DNA of 63,942 nt, counting the filler, from an uncultured Ignavibacteriales bacterium (GTDB taxonomy: Bacteria > Zixibacteria > MSB-5A5 > GN15 > JAAZOE01): the NCBI GenBank assembly GCA_964611355.1. It is 3 parts of 3 records of this genome, joined end to end, with 100 filler letters (N's around TTAATTAATTAA, not from the genome) between each part and the next. Parts side by side here need not be neighbours in the genome. Positions count along the whole stretch, not along the records: positions 1 to 26,202 come from CAZSYD010000032.1; 2 more parts are not named here. One strand, written 5' to 3'. Made by a program: the position numbers and the translations under genes. The notes below the pieces were generated by a model that had not been told where the DNA came from, made no database searches, and saw nothing but the letters and a program-made list of their open reading frames with translations. Positions within the stretch are counted from its first letter, which is position 1. Each line of letters opens with the position of its first letter. Positions 1 through 10,318 of the stretch are shown piece by piece.

Positions 1-24
1 TCCCGCCTTCCGCATAAAAAAGAT

Positions 25-58
25 AACCCGCAGGTTCAATAAATCTGCGGGTTTTTTT
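25..58. terminator. Intrinsic terminator, possibly bidirectional
   Basis: AACCCGCAG/CTGCGGGTT stem followed by a T-tract, with an A-tract upstream. Confidence 0.7.
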
Positions 59-142
59 ATTATACGGTAGTATGGATTATAGGCGAAGCTCCAACGGATC
101 GAAGCGAAAAACACGACAACCGATTTCATCAAGCCGTCCGGA

Positions 143-529
143 TCACCGCGACCCTATTTCACGTACGCTGACAGTTATTACGTCGGATTTGGTGTTATTT
201 CCGGCGCGGTCGAACGCACGGGCAAAGAGCGTATGGGCTCCGAGCGGGGTAAGTTTGTTGACGCTCCAGAAAGCCTCGTACGCCGAGTCTGAATCGGAAG
301 AAAGGAAAGCATCGTCAATATAGAAATCGACCTTGGAAACCGCGACATTATCGCCGGCATCGGCGGTAATTTCAACCAGCGTCGCAATACCTATAAGGCT
401 GCCGTCAACCGGCGAGGTTATCTCCACCGTCGGCGGCTCTCCGTCAACCTCCGGATTGTTAATTATTTCGTCGTCGCATCCGATAAGAATGAATGCGCCG
501 ATGAAAATCAGCAAGAGATATTTTTTCAT
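143..529 (-). CDS. Lipoprotein with bacterial Ig-like domain
   Basis: Lipobox ILIGC; PPTVEITSP...KVDFYID...ARAFDRAGN Ig-like pattern; start placed at MKKYLL. Confidence 0.75.
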   Translation of the reverse strand: MKKYLLLIFIGAFILIGCDDEIINNPEVDGEPPTVEITSPVDGSLIGIATLVEITADAGDNVAVSKVDFYIDDAFLSSDSDSAYEAFWSVNKLTPLGAHTLFARAFDRAGNNTKSDVITVSVREIGSR

Positions 530-693
530 ATTTTCCCGCACAATTTATACTACCGCTATAATATAAGACGATCATAGTCCCACGCAAGGCCAATAATATA
601 AATCATACAAAGTGCGCGGTTCACAGCCTTTTTCATCTTGACAAGCGGTCGTTCAAAGACAAGTTTGGTCGGAGTTGCGAAAGGGCAAAAGAA

Positions 694-2208
694 TTGATCA
701 GGTTTATCAGGTCTCATCCGTTGGCGTTCGTATTGATCGTCGCTTTGGCGGTTCGGCTGGTGGCGGTAATTTATTCCCGGGGGTTTATCCAATCCGACGA
801 TTATTACGACACGGTGGAAGTGTCCTACGACTGGCTCCGCAACGGACTCCGGGACGAGAGCGGCTGTTTGCACTGGAAAGAGCAGCCCGCAACCACCATT
901 GTCCGCTTTCCGCTATATACTTTATTTTTATATGTCGTTATGAAGCTGCATTACATCGTCGGGATTACCGCTCTCGACAGGATGATGTACGGTATCCGGC
1001 TGCTTCATGCGCTTATTTCATTGTTGCCAATCTGGGCGGTGTTTCGTTTGACGCAGAGAATCACCGGGAAAAACAATTGGGCCGTCTTCGGCGGGTTGGC
1101 GGTCGCTTTGCATTTCGCCATGCCGTTTCTGGGAGTGCGCAACCTGATCGAAATGGTCGGCGGCAATATCTGGATTGTGGCTATCTATTATTTCTACCGG
1201 CATCAGGAAGATAAGCAGACAAAATGGCTGTACCTTGCCGGGCTGATGACCGGCCTGGCCTGGATGATTCGTTTTCAACTTGCCTTTGCCGTTCTGCCGA
1301 TTCCATTGATATTATGGTATGAAAGACGAAGCATCAAACCGGCCTTTCACTACTGCATGGCCGTATTCATAATGCTTGTCATATCCGCCGCAGCGGATAA
1401 ACTGCTCCTCGGCTATTTCGCCGCTTCAACCATAAATAATCTGACTCTTAACACCGGCCTCGGAGCAAGATACACCACTATTCCATTTATGTATCCGCTT
1501 TTGATGCTTGGGTATTTCATTCCGCCGTTGTCAGTTTTACTTATGTACCTCGGTTGCCGGTTATCTTTCATACGAAGGCACGGATTATTGATCGCCAGTT
1601 CGCTTTGCTTTGTCGTCTGCCATATGATTCACCCCAATCAGCAGGAAAGGTTTATGATTCCCATTGTACCGGTATTGTTCCTGATAGCGATACTGGCGCT
1701 GTATCATCAATATCAAAGGAAAGGTTATATTCTAAAAAGCAGGAAAGCATTTGCCGTCATTACCATTGTAACGCTTGTTGTAAATTTCATTTTGCTGCCG
1801 CCGTTAACTTTCGGTTACGGGCACCGGGGGTTGATCGAACCGCTTATATCGTTTGAACGGATGAACCCCCGGCCGAAGGTGATGTTTATTCAGCCGGGCA
1901 TGCACCGCTGGATACCCGAAGCTTATGCCGGTTTTGAGCCGCTCCCTCGCGTCTATATACGCGCATGGGATGATCTCAATCGCCTGCCTCCTCAGGATCG
2001 GCGAAAAGACGCCTTTGACTATTTTCTGCTTTATCCCCTTCATGAGCAAGATTTACAGGCATATCTCGATTCAATACAAACTCGTTACGGCCTGCTCGAA
2101 AAAGTTAAGTGCATTAAACCGTCAACTTATGACATGATATTCCATGAATTGAATCCAAACCATTATCGAACCTATGAAGCATTTGTGTATAAGCCGAAGG
2201 GGATATAG
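694..2208 (+). CDS. GT-C fold membrane glycosyltransferase (ALG9/PIG-B-like)
   Basis: Many TM helices; acidic SDDYY motif in the first loop; QERFMIP motif. Confidence 0.7.
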   Translation: MIRFIRSHPLAFVLIVALAVRLVAVIYSRGFIQSDDYYDTVEVSYDWLRNGLRDESGCLHWKEQPATTIVRFPLYTLFLYVVMKLHYIVGITALDRMMYGIRLLHALISLLPIWAVFRLTQRITGKNNWAVFGGLAVALHFAMPFLGVRNLIEMVGGNIWIVAIYYFYRHQEDKQTKWLYLAGLMTGLAWMIRFQLAFAVLPIPLILWYERRSIKPAFHYCMAVFIMLVISAAADKLLLGYFAASTINNLTLNTGLGARYTTIPFMYPLLMLGYFIPPLSVLLMYLGCRLSFIRRHGLLIASSLCFVVCHMIHPNQQERFMIPIVPVLFLIAILALYHQYQRKGYILKSRKAFAVITIVTLVVNFILLPPLTFGYGHRGLIEPLISFERMNPRPKVMFIQPGMHRWIPEAYAGFEPLPRVYIRAWDDLNRLPPQDRRKDAFDYFLLYPLHEQDLQAYLDSIQTRYGLLEKVKCIKPSTYDMIFHELNPNHYRTYEAFVYKPKGI

Positions 2209-2224
2209 ATAATATTTTGCAGGA

Positions 2225-3091
2225 TTAATCGGTCAGATACAGGTCGAGAAAAGTTGCGATGCCCTTTTCGTATTTATCCGCCGATAATATATAGCCGTCA
2301 TTATGCGAACCGGAAATCTCAAGGAAATGTTTTGGTTCACCGGCCAGATCATAAAGCTTTTTCCCGTGCCTGAACGGCACGATTTCATCGTTCGGGCTGT
2401 GGATTATTAGAATCGGCACATTTACTTTATTGATATTTTCTTTTGAATCATAGCTGAATCGGCTCAGCCATCTGACCGGCAAAAACGGATAATGATGCGC
2501 GGCGATGTCAGGGATAGACGTAAAAGACGACTCTACGATCAGTACTTTCGGCTGATGCTTTGCCGCCAGCCGGGTGGCGACGCCGCCTCCAAGCGAACGA
2601 CCGAAGGTGATTATTTCGTCGGGGATAATATGCCGATTACCGGTCAAGTACCGCCAAGCGGCCTCCGCGTCAAGATAGGTTCCTTTCTCGCCGGGTTTTC
2701 CTTCACTTTTCCCGTAACCGCGATAATCGAAAATAAAGACGTTCAGATTGAGTTTATTAAATTGGGCAATTGATTCGAGACGATTCGAAATATTTCCGGC
2801 GTTTCCATGGCAGAAAAGAAGCGTCGCTCGCGCCGAATCAGCCGGAACAAACCATCCGTGAAGCCTGACGCCGTCTTCGGTTTCAAAGGCTATGTCTTCG
2901 TAGGGCATTCCGAACTGATCCGGGGTGGCGTCTATATGACGCGAAGGGAAATAAATCATCTTTGGCTGGGCCAGGTACATAAACAGGATGACCGCCAGAT
3001 AAATTGAAGCGATTATTGCCGCTATCCACCAGACCATGCTGGGTATTTTTCCCTTTCGTTTGTTCACACTGCTCTCGTCAGGATGGGGCAA
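2225..3091 (-). CDS. Membrane-anchored alpha/beta hydrolase
   Basis: HGNAGNI, DYRGYGKS, GRSLGG nucleophile elbow, DEIVP, SHN; true start may be the ATG at 3037. Confidence 0.9.
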   Translation of the reverse strand: MPHPDESSVNKRKGKIPSMVWWIAAIIASIYLAVILFMYLAQPKMIYFPSRHIDATPDQFGMPYEDIAFETEDGVRLHGWFVPADSARATLLFCHGNAGNISNRLESIAQFNKLNLNVFIFDYRGYGKSEGKPGEKGTYLDAEAAWRYLTGNRHIIPDEIITFGRSLGGGVATRLAAKHQPKVLIVESSFTSIPDIAAHHYPFLPVRWLSRFSYDSKENINKVNVPILIIHSPNDEIVPFRHGKKLYDLAGEPKHFLEISGSHNDGYILSADKYEKGIATFLDLYLTD

Positions 3092-3225
3092 ATAGAAATT
3101 ACACAGGAAAGCAATCCCGGCGATATTCTGCGAAATAAAGATATTTTACTTACCTGAGTCAAACAGAAACCGAGCCGAAAAATGTTTTAATTGACATCGA
3201 CAATCCCAAAACCTAACAAAAACGT

Positions 3226-4158
3226 ATGAAACACCTGTTATATATTGTCGTTTTCTTCCTGTTTCTCCTTTTGCCATCATCCGTCACGCCGGCGCAGGAC
3301 AAGCCGGCCCCTGTCCAGAGCACACAAATCGACAAGCAAATATGCATCACTTTCGACGATATGCCGGTAGTGCGGGTGCACGATCGTATTCAACGTTTGA
3401 TGATTACCGACGAAATATTGGGCACGCTGGATGAGTTCGGCGTTAAGGCGGCCGGTTTTGTCATCGGCGATAATATCGGGGGAGACAAGGATATTCTGGA
3501 AGCCTGGCTGGCGGCGGGTCATATTCTCGGTAATCATACCTATTCGCATCCCGATCTCAACGAAGTGCCGACCGCGCTGTATCTGCACAACGTTGAGAAA
3601 TGCCGGGACATCATGGAGGATATGCTGAAAGAATTCGGGCAGAAAGAACGCTATTTTCGCTATCCATACCTTCATTATGGAAATACCTACAAAATAAGAA
3701 CGGCCGTGGCCGACTATTTACGGAACCACAGTTACATTATTGCTCACGTCTCGATAGATACCGACGATTTCGCCCATAATCTTCAGTTCGAAAAACTGTA
3801 TGAAGCGGCCGATTCGATTGAATTCGTCCGCTTGGGCAACGAGTATATCGACCATATAATCGAGAGACTGGAGGCGGCCGAAAAGCTGGCTGATGAAATC
3901 TTGGGCCACCCCGTCAGGCATATTTTGCTGCTCCATGCAAACCGGCTCAATAGTAATTTCCTGGCCGATCTGCTGGCCGATCTTAAATTTCGTCAGTACC
4001 GTTTTATCACTCTTGACGTTGCTTTGGCCGACCCGGTTTATTCATTGCCGGAATCTTATGTCGGCGCCAAAGGGTTGTCCTTTCTGGAGCGGTTGGCCAA
4101 AACCGATCCCGACCTGCTCCCCGCACGAGAAGGCTTCTCAAAAAAGAAGTCCCGCTAA
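3226..4158 (+). CDS. Secreted polysaccharide deacetylase (CE4)
   Basis: Signal peptide; TFDD, GNHTYSHP, RYPY and LLLH motifs. Confidence 0.9.
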   Translation: MKHLLYIVVFFLFLLLPSSVTPAQDKPAPVQSTQIDKQICITFDDMPVVRVHDRIQRLMITDEILGTLDEFGVKAAGFVIGDNIGGDKDILEAWLAAGHILGNHTYSHPDLNEVPTALYLHNVEKCRDIMEDMLKEFGQKERYFRYPYLHYGNTYKIRTAVADYLRNHSYIIAHVSIDTDDFAHNLQFEKLYEAADSIEFVRLGNEYIDHIIERLEAAEKLADEILGHPVRHILLLHANRLNSNFLADLLADLKFRQYRFITLDVALADPVYSLPESYVGAKGLSFLERLAKTDPDLLPAREGFSKKKSR

Positions 4159-4390
4159 ATTACTTCGCTGTGGCTCAAGCAGGCATAAGATGTCCTGTTA
4201 TATATTCTTTATCGGATTACAGGAACTGTTTTTCAGAAACTGCTTTTGCTTTTTGATTAATATAGTATATGACTTTAAGTAAATACCGCATCATAATGTA
4301 TTACAGTATGTTGTAAGCACTATATATTATATAGTCTTCGTTCCGAAAATCATATCAAAAATATACCCGGCAATAGAAAGCAAGGATTAT

Positions 4391-4408
4391 TAGTGATTAT
4401 TTTCACAA
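4391..4408. promoter_or_regulatory. Rex-like or CRP/FNR-like operator upstream of the redox operon
   Basis: TAGTGAT-TATT-TTCACAA versus Rex consensus TTGTGAA-N4-TTCACAA; TTGACT follows at 4416. Confidence 0.55.
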
Positions 4409-4524
4409 TTGTCCCTTGACTTTTTTAATGGTGCTTTAGATATTAAATCCGCTGTAGAAAGGATATTTAACGCAACATCGGTTATGGTCTGCGATTGGCG
4501 GCCGGGACCGCTGGCGGTTTTGAA

Positions 4525-5289
4525 ATGTCGACACCTCTGGATATAATGGAATCTTTCAATATGGCAGATTCTATCGACATTCGTTATCCATTGATTTCAA
4601 AACCGGTTATCGCTATAGTCGGCGGCTTCGGTAGCGGGAAAACGGAAGTCTCCGTCAATCTGGCCAAATACTTCGTGTCATCTCGGCAATCTCCGGTAAC
4701 TATCGCCGATTTCGATCTGGTAAATCCTTATTTTCGGACGCGGGAAGTAATTGCGGAAATTGAGGCGCTTGGTATTCGAGCTATAGCTCCACGGGGAGGG
4801 CAGTTCTACGCTGATTTGCCGATTCTTCTGCCGGAAATCAAAGGCGCCATCGAAAAACCGGAAGGGATGCTTATCCTGGATGTTGGAGGAGACGACCAGG
4901 GGACGCGAGCGCTCGGTTCGCTTTCCGATGGATTTGTCGCCGGCAGGTATGAAATGCTTATGGTACTCAATAGCCGTCGCCCATTAACTTCCGACGTAGC
5001 CGTTTGCTTAAAAACGATGACCCGAATCGAACGTGCGGCCAGGCTGCAATTCACCGGACTCATTTCCAACAGCCATATGATTGATGAAACCGATTTGGAG
5101 GTCATACTGGAAGGATATTATCTTGCCGGAGAGGTGAGCCGCGAAACCGGTCTTCCCCTGACATTTATCAGCGTCAAACAAGACATCCTTGATCTTATTG
5201 ACATAACCGTTTTCGATTGCCCGATTCTTCCGCTGACCCGATCGATGCTCAAACCCTGGGAAAGAAAGGCCGGCCCGGCTGGAAATTAG
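4525..5289 (+). CDS. P-loop NTPase heading the 2-oxoacid oxidoreductase operon
   Basis: GGFGSGKTE Walker A, DLVNPYFR, LDVGGD; start uncertain (4495-4561). Confidence 0.75.
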   Translation: MSTPLDIMESFNMADSIDIRYPLISKPVIAIVGGFGSGKTEVSVNLAKYFVSSRQSPVTIADFDLVNPYFRTREVIAEIEALGIRAIAPRGGQFYADLPILLPEIKGAIEKPEGMLILDVGGDDQGTRALGSLSDGFVAGRYEMLMVLNSRRPLTSDVAVCLKTMTRIERAARLQFTGLISNSHMIDETDLEVILEGYYLAGEVSRETGLPLTFISVKQDILDLIDITVFDCPILPLTRSMLKPWERKAGPAGN

Positions 5290-5313
5290 CCGGTCAGGAT
5301 AAAGGACGAGTTC

Positions 5314-5547
5314 ATGCCCGGTATAGAAATAGATAAAGACTACTGCAAAGGTTGCGAGCAATGCGTCAGGGTTTGCCCGATGCAGATACTGGAGATGTCA
5401 AAAGAGATTAACGTCAAGGGATATTTCGTTGCTCAATTGAAGGAACCGACCCGGTGCATCGGCTGCCGGATATGCGCCATAACCTGTCCGGAGGTAGCTA
5501 TCAAAGTACACGCGCACGGAACACGGTTCGCTTTATTCGAATATTGA
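5314..5547 (+). CDS. 2[4Fe-4S] ferredoxin, delta subunit of 2-oxoacid:ferredoxin oxidoreductase
   Basis: Two CxxCxxCxxxCP motifs; operon context. Confidence 0.9.
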   Translation: MPGIEIDKDYCKGCEQCVRVCPMQILEMSKEINVKGYFVAQLKEPTRCIGCRICAITCPEVAIKVHAHGTRFALFEY

Positions 5548-5563
5548 TAGAGAGAAAATCGAG

Positions 5564-6637
5564 ATGCCCAAGAAATTGATGAAAGGCAACGAAGCGATCG
5601 GCGAGGCGGCTGTCGCCGCCGGGGCCAGGCATTATTTTGCCTATCCGATAACTCCCCAGAGCGAAGTGGCTGAGTATCTCTGCTGGCGGCTTCCGGAGGT
5701 CGGCGGCGTTTTTGTCCAGGCCGAATCGGAAGTGGCCGTGGGCAACATGTTATTTGGCGCGGCGTCTTCCGGCAAGAGGGTGTTTACGACCTCTTCCAGC
5801 CCCGGTATAAGCTTGATGCAGGAGGCGATATCATACATTGCGGGTGCCCATTTGCCGGTGGTTTTTGTCAATATCATGCGCGGCGGGCCGGGCCTTGGCG
5901 GTATTCTGCCGGCGCAGTCCGATTATATGCAGGCTGTCAAGGGCGGCGGACACGGCGATTATAAATTAATTGTTCTGGCGCCGTCATCGGTTCAGGAAGC
6001 GGTTGATCTGGTTATCCTGGCCTTTGATCTGGCTGAAAAGTACCTCGTCCCGACGATGATTATCGGCGACGGTATGATTGGGCAGATGATGGAATCGGTT
6101 GAATTTCCCGCCAAATACCGCGAAGCATCCACGCCAGAAGGTAAGGATTGGGCGCTGACCGGCGCCAAAGATCGCAAGGCGCGCATTATCAAATCGCTGT
6201 TTCTCGATCCGAAGCAGCTTGAGGATAACTGTCTTATACTGGCGCAAAAGTATAAACAGATAAAGGAGAATGAAGTCCGATACGAGTTGTACAAGGTTGC
6301 CGACGAAAACGAAATCCTGATCGTCGCGTATGGCACTGTGGCACGCATCTGCCAGACGTCAATAGATGAATTGGAAAAGGAAGGCATCAGCGTTGGCCTT
6401 TTCCGTCCCATCAGCCTTTTCCCGTTCCCCGAAAAAGAGATATTTACCGAAGCGGCCAAAAAGAATATCAAAAAGGTTTTAACCGTTGAGATGAGCGTGG
6501 GCCAGATGGTCGAGGATGTCGAAAGATGTGTCAGGGGCAAAAAACCGGTCGAATTCTACGGCCGTACCGGCGGGGTTGTCCCGAGCCCCGACGAGGTTAA
6601 GGATAAGGTTCGGGAACTCCTGAAAAGAAAGAAGTGA
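5564..6637 (+). CDS. vorB: 2-oxoacid (2-ketoisovalerate-type):ferredoxin oxidoreductase alpha subunit
   Basis: KGNEA, YPITPQSE, QAESE, RGGPGLG, KGGGHGDY. Confidence 0.85.
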   Translation: MPKKLMKGNEAIGEAAVAAGARHYFAYPITPQSEVAEYLCWRLPEVGGVFVQAESEVAVGNMLFGAASSGKRVFTTSSSPGISLMQEAISYIAGAHLPVVFVNIMRGGPGLGGILPAQSDYMQAVKGGGHGDYKLIVLAPSSVQEAVDLVILAFDLAEKYLVPTMIIGDGMIGQMMESVEFPAKYREASTPEGKDWALTGAKDRKARIIKSLFLDPKQLEDNCLILAQKYKQIKENEVRYELYKVADENEILIVAYGTVARICQTSIDELEKEGISVGLFRPISLFPFPEKEIFTEAAKKNIKKVLTVEMSVGQMVEDVERCVRGKKPVEFYGRTGGVVPSPDEVKDKVRELLKRKK

Positions 6638-6661
6638 TGGTCAAAATCGAACGGGGATAGG

Positions 6662-7423
6662 ATGTCAGACGATACAACGATAATATTTGATAGGCCGAAA
6701 GCCTTAACCGGGAACATCACCCACTATTGTCCCGGATGCACGCACGGCGTCATCCATCGGCTTGTGGCCGAATCTCTGGACGAACTGGGCTTGCGCGATA
6801 GGGCGGTGGGAGTTGCGCCGGTCGGATGTTCGGTCCTGATATATAATTATTTCAATGTCGATTTCATGGAAGCGGCGCATGGCCGCGCACCGGCGCTGGC
6901 AACCGGTTTTAAGCGGACTCGTCCCGACATGATCGTTTTTACCTACCAGGGTGATGGCGATCTGGCCTCGATCGGTACGGGCGAAATCGTCCATGCGGCC
7001 AATCGCGGCGAAAAGTTTACCACTATTTTTGTCAATAACGCCGTTTACGGCATGACCGGCGGCCAGATGGCTCCAACCACGATGCCGAATCAGAAAACGA
7101 CAACTTCGCCTGAAGGCCGCGACGTGTCTCTGGCCGGGTATCCGATCCGCATGGCCGAGCTGTTATCCACCCTGCGGACGCCGTCCTTTATCGCCCGCAC
7201 GGCGGTACATACACCGATGCACATCATCCGGTCAAAAAAAATCATCAAAAAAGCGTTCCGGCTCCAGATGGAAGGTAAGTGCTTCTCGCTGGTTGAGGTT
7301 CTTTCCACTTGCCCAACCAACTGGGGAAAGAGTCCCGAAGAGGCCTGCAAGTGGATCGCCAGTGATATGGAACCGTATTATCCTCTCGGCATTTTTAAAG
7401 ACCCTGAAGAGGAGGAAACCTGA
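6662..7423 (+). CDS. 2-oxoacid:ferredoxin oxidoreductase beta subunit (TPP-binding)
   Basis: YCPGC, YQGDGD...NN TPP motif, GMTGGQ, CPTNW. Confidence 0.9.
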   Translation: MSDDTTIIFDRPKALTGNITHYCPGCTHGVIHRLVAESLDELGLRDRAVGVAPVGCSVLIYNYFNVDFMEAAHGRAPALATGFKRTRPDMIVFTYQGDGDLASIGTGEIVHAANRGEKFTTIFVNNAVYGMTGGQMAPTTMPNQKTTTSPEGRDVSLAGYPIRMAELLSTLRTPSFIARTAVHTPMHIIRSKKIIKKAFRLQMEGKCFSLVEVLSTCPTNWGKSPEEACKWIASDMEPYYPLGIFKDPEEEET

Positions 7424-7425
7424 TT

Positions 7426-7980
7426 ATGGCCGACCAGAAGGAAGTGGTGTTCGCCGGCTTTGGAGGCCAGGGCGTCATGACGATTGGGCAACTTCTGGCC
7501 TATACGGCAATGGATGAGGGTAAACAGGTCTGCTGGATTCCTTCCTATGGTCCCGAAATGCGGGGTGGAACGGCCAACTGCACCGTGGTGGTTTCCGATC
7601 AGCGAATCGGCTCGCCGATTATCGGCAACCCGTTATCGGCCTGTGTCTTTAATCGCCCCTCGCTGGACAGGTTCGGCCCGATGGTTCGCCGGGGCGGGTT
7701 GCTTTTGATCAACAGCTCTCTGATTGACGTCACTTCCGGCCGCAACGATATCACCGAAATGCTTGTCCCTGTCAACGACATGGCTATGAAGCTCGGCAAC
7801 CTCAGGGTGGCCAATATGATCATGCTGGCTGCCTATGTTGAGGCTACCCGTATGGTCACGTTTAAGACTCTGGGAAGGATGCTTGACGATAAAATGGGCA
7901 GTCGGAAAAAAGAACTATTGGAGATAAATCACGGGGCTCTCGATGAAGGCCGCAAATTCGCCCGAAAGTCAGCGGCATAG
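7426..7980 (+). CDS. 2-oxoacid:ferredoxin oxidoreductase gamma subunit
   Basis: AGFGGQG, SYGPEMRGGTA. Confidence 0.9.
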   Translation: MADQKEVVFAGFGGQGVMTIGQLLAYTAMDEGKQVCWIPSYGPEMRGGTANCTVVVSDQRIGSPIIGNPLSACVFNRPSLDRFGPMVRRGGLLLINSSLIDVTSGRNDITEMLVPVNDMAMKLGNLRVANMIMLAAYVEATRMVTFKTLGRMLDDKMGSRKKELLEINHGALDEGRKFARKSAA

Positions 7981-7990
7981 AGGCACAAAG

Positions 7991-8449
7991 ATGACGCCAA
8001 AGATATCAGCAAGGCTGAATAAAATATTTGACAGTAATTCTCGCGAGCCGGGGTCGCTTATTGCCGTGCTTCAGGATATTCAGCGCGAATTTCATTACCT
8101 GCCGTGTGATGCGTTGACGGAAACGGCGAAAGCGCTGGATGTTCCGTTGAGCAAGGTCTTCAGCATTTCAACCTTTTATAATGCCTTCAGTCTGACGCCG
8201 CGCGGAGAAAAGATTATCCGCATCTGCAAAGGCACTGCCTGTCATATTAAGGGAGCCGACCTTGTTTTGGAACAGGTTGAATCGGGTCTCAATATCAAGG
8301 CCGGAGAGACCACGTCGGATTCGAAATTCACCATTGAGACTGTCAACTGCGTCGGCGCCTGCGCCATGGCTCCCGTGATGATCGTCGACGGCAAATATCA
8401 CGCCAACGTCCGTTGCGATCAGGCGATGAAGCTGGTGAAGAAAGGCTGA
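7991..8449 (+). CDS. NuoE/HydC-like [2Fe-2S] subunit
   Basis: CKGTAC...CVGAC cysteine pattern; TFY motif. Confidence 0.9.
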   Translation: MTPKISARLNKIFDSNSREPGSLIAVLQDIQREFHYLPCDALTETAKALDVPLSKVFSISTFYNAFSLTPRGEKIIRICKGTACHIKGADLVLEQVESGLNIKAGETTSDSKFTIETVNCVGACAMAPVMIVDGKYHANVRCDQAMKLVKKG

Positions 8450-8450
8450 G

Positions 8451-10307
8451 ATGATAATCGATACCGTTGACAAACTGGAAAAACTGCGGGCCGGTAGCCG
8501 AAAAAAGCTTGCCGCTCAGAAGAAAAAAGTACTCGTCTGCCTCGGCCCGGGATGTTTGGCCGGTGGTTCGGACGAAATTCTGGCCGAGTTCAAAAGGATA
8601 TTAAAAAGAAAAAAGATAAAAGATATTTCGCTGGAAGCTGTTAAGCAAACCGGCTGTCACGGTTTTTGCGCTCAGGGGCCCTTGGTGATTATTGAACCGG
8701 AAGGCATATTTTACACCAGGGTCAAAAAGACGGATGTAAAAGATATCATCGAGAAAACGCTTCAGAAAGGCGAGTTGATCGAAAAACTGCTGTATAGCGA
8801 TCCTGAAAACGGAAAGAGGAAAATCGCTACATACGGGGATATTCCTTTTTATGCGCGCCAGAAAAAGATTTCCCTGCGCAATGTCGGCCGGGTCGATCCC
8901 CATCAGATAACCGACTATATTGCCGCCGGCGGTTATGCGGCCATGGCTAAAGCCTTAACCCGCATGACGCCTCAGAAGGTTATCGACGAGGTTTCCAAAT
9001 CGGGATTGCGCGGCCGGGGCGGAGCCGGTTTCCCGACCGGCAGGAAATGGGCGACCTGCGCCAAAGCCGAGTCGGAAATCCGGTATGTCATCTGCAACGG
9101 CGACGAAGGCGACCCGGGCGCCTTTATGGATCGCTGCATTATGGAAGGCGATCCGCATTCGGTTCTGGAAGGGATGATTATTTGCGCCTATGCCGTCGGC
9201 TCGACGCAGGGTTATATCTACGTTCGCGAAGAATATCCCCTGGCCGTGGTTAACCTGCGGAAAGCGATTGATGCGGCCCGTGAGTACGGACTTCTCGGTG
9301 AAAATATCCTTGGGAGCGGTTTTAGCTTCGATATCAGGATAAGCGTTGGCGGCGGCGCTTTTGTTTGCGGGGAGTCGTCGGCTTTGATGAAATCGGTTGC
9401 CGGTGACGTCGGCGAACCGCGCGCCAAGTACATCAGGTCGGTTCTCAGGGGCCTGCGTGATAAACCGACGGTGCTCAACAACGTCGAATCATTTGCCACC
9501 GTGCCGGTTATTATGGAAAAAGGCGCCAGGTGGTTCACTTCGATTGGCACCAAAAAAAGCGCCGGCACCAAGGCGTTTTCGCTGGCCGGAAAAGTGAAAA
9601 ATACGGGTCTGGTCGAAGTTCCGATGGGAATCAGTCTGCGCGAGATTATTTTCGATATAGGCGGCGGTATTCCCGACGGCCGCGAGTTCAAAGCGGTACA
9701 GACCGGCGGACCATCCGGCGGTTGCCTGCCTGCCGATAAGCTCGATTTGCCGGTCGATTTCGATAGCCTCACCGAGGCCGGTTCGATGATGGGTTCGGGC
9801 GGCATGATTGTCATGGATGACCGCACATGCATGGTTGAGGTGGCGCGATACTTCCTCGAATTCCTGATGAAAGAATCGTGCGGTAAATGCGTCCCCTGCC
9901 GGGAAGGGCTGTATCAGCTTTATCGTCTGTGCACGAAAGTAACCGAGGGTGAGGCCACAGAGGAAGATCTTGACCTGATGGAACGGCTGTCCAAAGTAAT
10001 TCAGGTCGCTTCGTTATGCGGACTGGGACAATCGGGGCCGAATCCGTTCCTCAGTACCCTCAAGTATTTCCGTGATGAGTACCTGGCCCATGTTCGCGAC
10101 AAGAAATGCCCGGCCGGAGTCTGCCGCAAACTGATTACCTACGTTATCACGGACAACTGCACCGGTTGTATGGCTTGTCTCAAGGTTTGCCCGGTGGACG
10201 CCATATCGGGAGAGAAAAAGGAATTGCATGTTATCGACCAGGATAAATGCAATAGATGCGGGTCATGTTACGCCGTTTGTAACTTCGAGGCCATTGAAAT
10301 CAGATAA
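8451..10307 (+). CDS. NuoF/HydB-like FMN/NADH-binding subunit with N-terminal [2Fe-2S] and C-terminal 2[4Fe-4S] domains
   Basis: GRGGAGFPTG, GDEGDPGAFMD, ESCGKCVPC, CPAGVC, two C-terminal CxxCxxC motifs. Confidence 0.92.
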   Translation: MIIDTVDKLEKLRAGSRKKLAAQKKKVLVCLGPGCLAGGSDEILAEFKRILKRKKIKDISLEAVKQTGCHGFCAQGPLVIIEPEGIFYTRVKKTDVKDIIEKTLQKGELIEKLLYSDPENGKRKIATYGDIPFYARQKKISLRNVGRVDPHQITDYIAAGGYAAMAKALTRMTPQKVIDEVSKSGLRGRGGAGFPTGRKWATCAKAESEIRYVICNGDEGDPGAFMDRCIMEGDPHSVLEGMIICAYAVGSTQGYIYVREEYPLAVVNLRKAIDAAREYGLLGENILGSGFSFDIRISVGGGAFVCGESSALMKSVAGDVGEPRAKYIRSVLRGLRDKPTVLNNVESFATVPVIMEKGARWFTSIGTKKSAGTKAFSLAGKVKNTGLVEVPMGISLREIIFDIGGGIPDGREFKAVQTGGPSGGCLPADKLDLPVDFDSLTEAGSMMGSGGMIVMDDRTCMVEVARYFLEFLMKESCGKCVPCREGLYQLYRLCTKVTEGEATEEDLDLMERLSKVIQVASLCGLGQSGPNPFLSTLKYFRDEYLAHVRDKKCPAGVCRKLITYVITDNCTGCMACLKVCPVDAISGEKKELHVIDQDKCNRCGSCYAVCNFEAIEIR

Positions 10308-10318
10308 CCAGGTGAGAT

